Below are positions 63,441-64,000 of a stretch of 64,000 bases of DNA, in pieces (positions within the stretch are counted from its first letter, which is position 1; the number at the start of each line of letters is the position of its first letter). The notes beneath the pieces are model-generated. The model made no database searches and was not told the origin of the DNA. It was given only the letters and a program-made list of their open reading frames with translations. Both the position numbers and the translations under genes were made by a program. This DNA comes from Octopus sinensis (Eukaryota), in the NCBI RefSeq assembly GCF_006345805.1, contig NC_043007.1, positions 39,370,001 to 39,434,000 of the forward strand, given 5' to 3'.

Positions 63441-63486
<46 letters not shown>

Positions 63487-63487
<1 letters not shown>

Positions 63488-63612
63488 TTTATTTTAAGCA
63501 GCAGAAAATTCAACAAAATCTGTTACTCTGAGTAGCAAAAAAAGTCTGATGAACGGCAACGAGAAACTCAGAGTAACAGATTTTGTTGAATTTTCTGCTG
63601 CTTAAAATAAAG
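63487..63612. repeat. Perfect 47-bp fold-back enclosing a hammerhead core
   Basis: Arms 63487-63533 and 63566-63612. Confidence 0.92.
63544..63579 (+). ncRNA. Minimal hammerhead motif (partly degenerate)
   Basis: GU-CUGAUGA-A-CG(GCAA)CG-A-GAAA-CUCAGAG-UA-AC; near-palindromic ACUCAGAGU stem III; stem I only 2 bp; 10.1/11.1 mismatch. Confidence 0.6.
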
Positions 63613-63757
63613 CATATTACTCTACCACTGGTATTTGAGTACTCTTTTTTCCACCTTGTTTCACATTTATGTGTTTACTCCGGTATATATATTATATATA
63701 TATATATATATATAGCAATAATAATTCTCTAAACGAGATATAGACAGTAACTGCTCC

Positions 63758-63844
63758 ATAACAAAAGGGACATTAGCCATTTGAATGTGGCTAGGGACAG
63801 GGCAGGTCCCTAGCCACATTCAAATGGCTAATGTCCCTTTTGTT

Positions 63845-63846
<2 letters not shown>
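63758..63846. repeat. Perfect 41-bp inverted repeat ending at (TA)n
   Basis: Arms 63758-63798 and 63806-63846; loop agggcag. Confidence 0.95.
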
Positions 63847-63889
<43 letters not shown>

Positions 63890-64000
63890 GTGTGTGTGTG
63901 TGTGTGTGTGTGGTGTACCTGTGTGTATGTCTGTGTGTGTGTGTGTGAGTGTACGTGTGCGTATATGTTTGTGTGTCTGTGTTTCTCCCCCCCCCCAAAA

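Overview
AT-rich, repeat-saturated animal non-coding DNA. It is most likely cephalopod (octopus-like), inferred from the SINE families and the microsatellite load. No intact protein-coding gene, true tRNA/rRNA gene or CRISPR array can be supported, and most listed ORFs are microsatellite or SINE artefacts. The window is a mosaic of: (1) at least four tRNA-headed or RTE-related SINE families; (2) decayed DNA transposons (piggyBac, mariner, Tc1/pogo, hAT, a Helitron); (3) retroelement relics (R4/Dong-like RLE LINE, CR1, Tx1/L1-like, Gypsy integrase tail, two Penelope-like pieces). The most striking unexplained layer is a set of hammerhead-ribozyme motifs: one complete type I at 23048-23109, minimal ones at 17612, 21311, 21711 and 63546, and remnants at 18063, 23759, 33138 and 34706. 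These occur together with many short fold-back elements abutting (TA)n tracts, and in two cases the inverted arm ends at the ribozyme. Other oddities are a SINE that multimerises as a GT...AG-bounded unit, a minisatellite that mimics micro-exon/mini-intron units, an ETS-CRE promoter-like site with a spliceable Penelope-derived exon, and a few micro-exon candidates. All assignments are by eye; no searches or folding programs were run.
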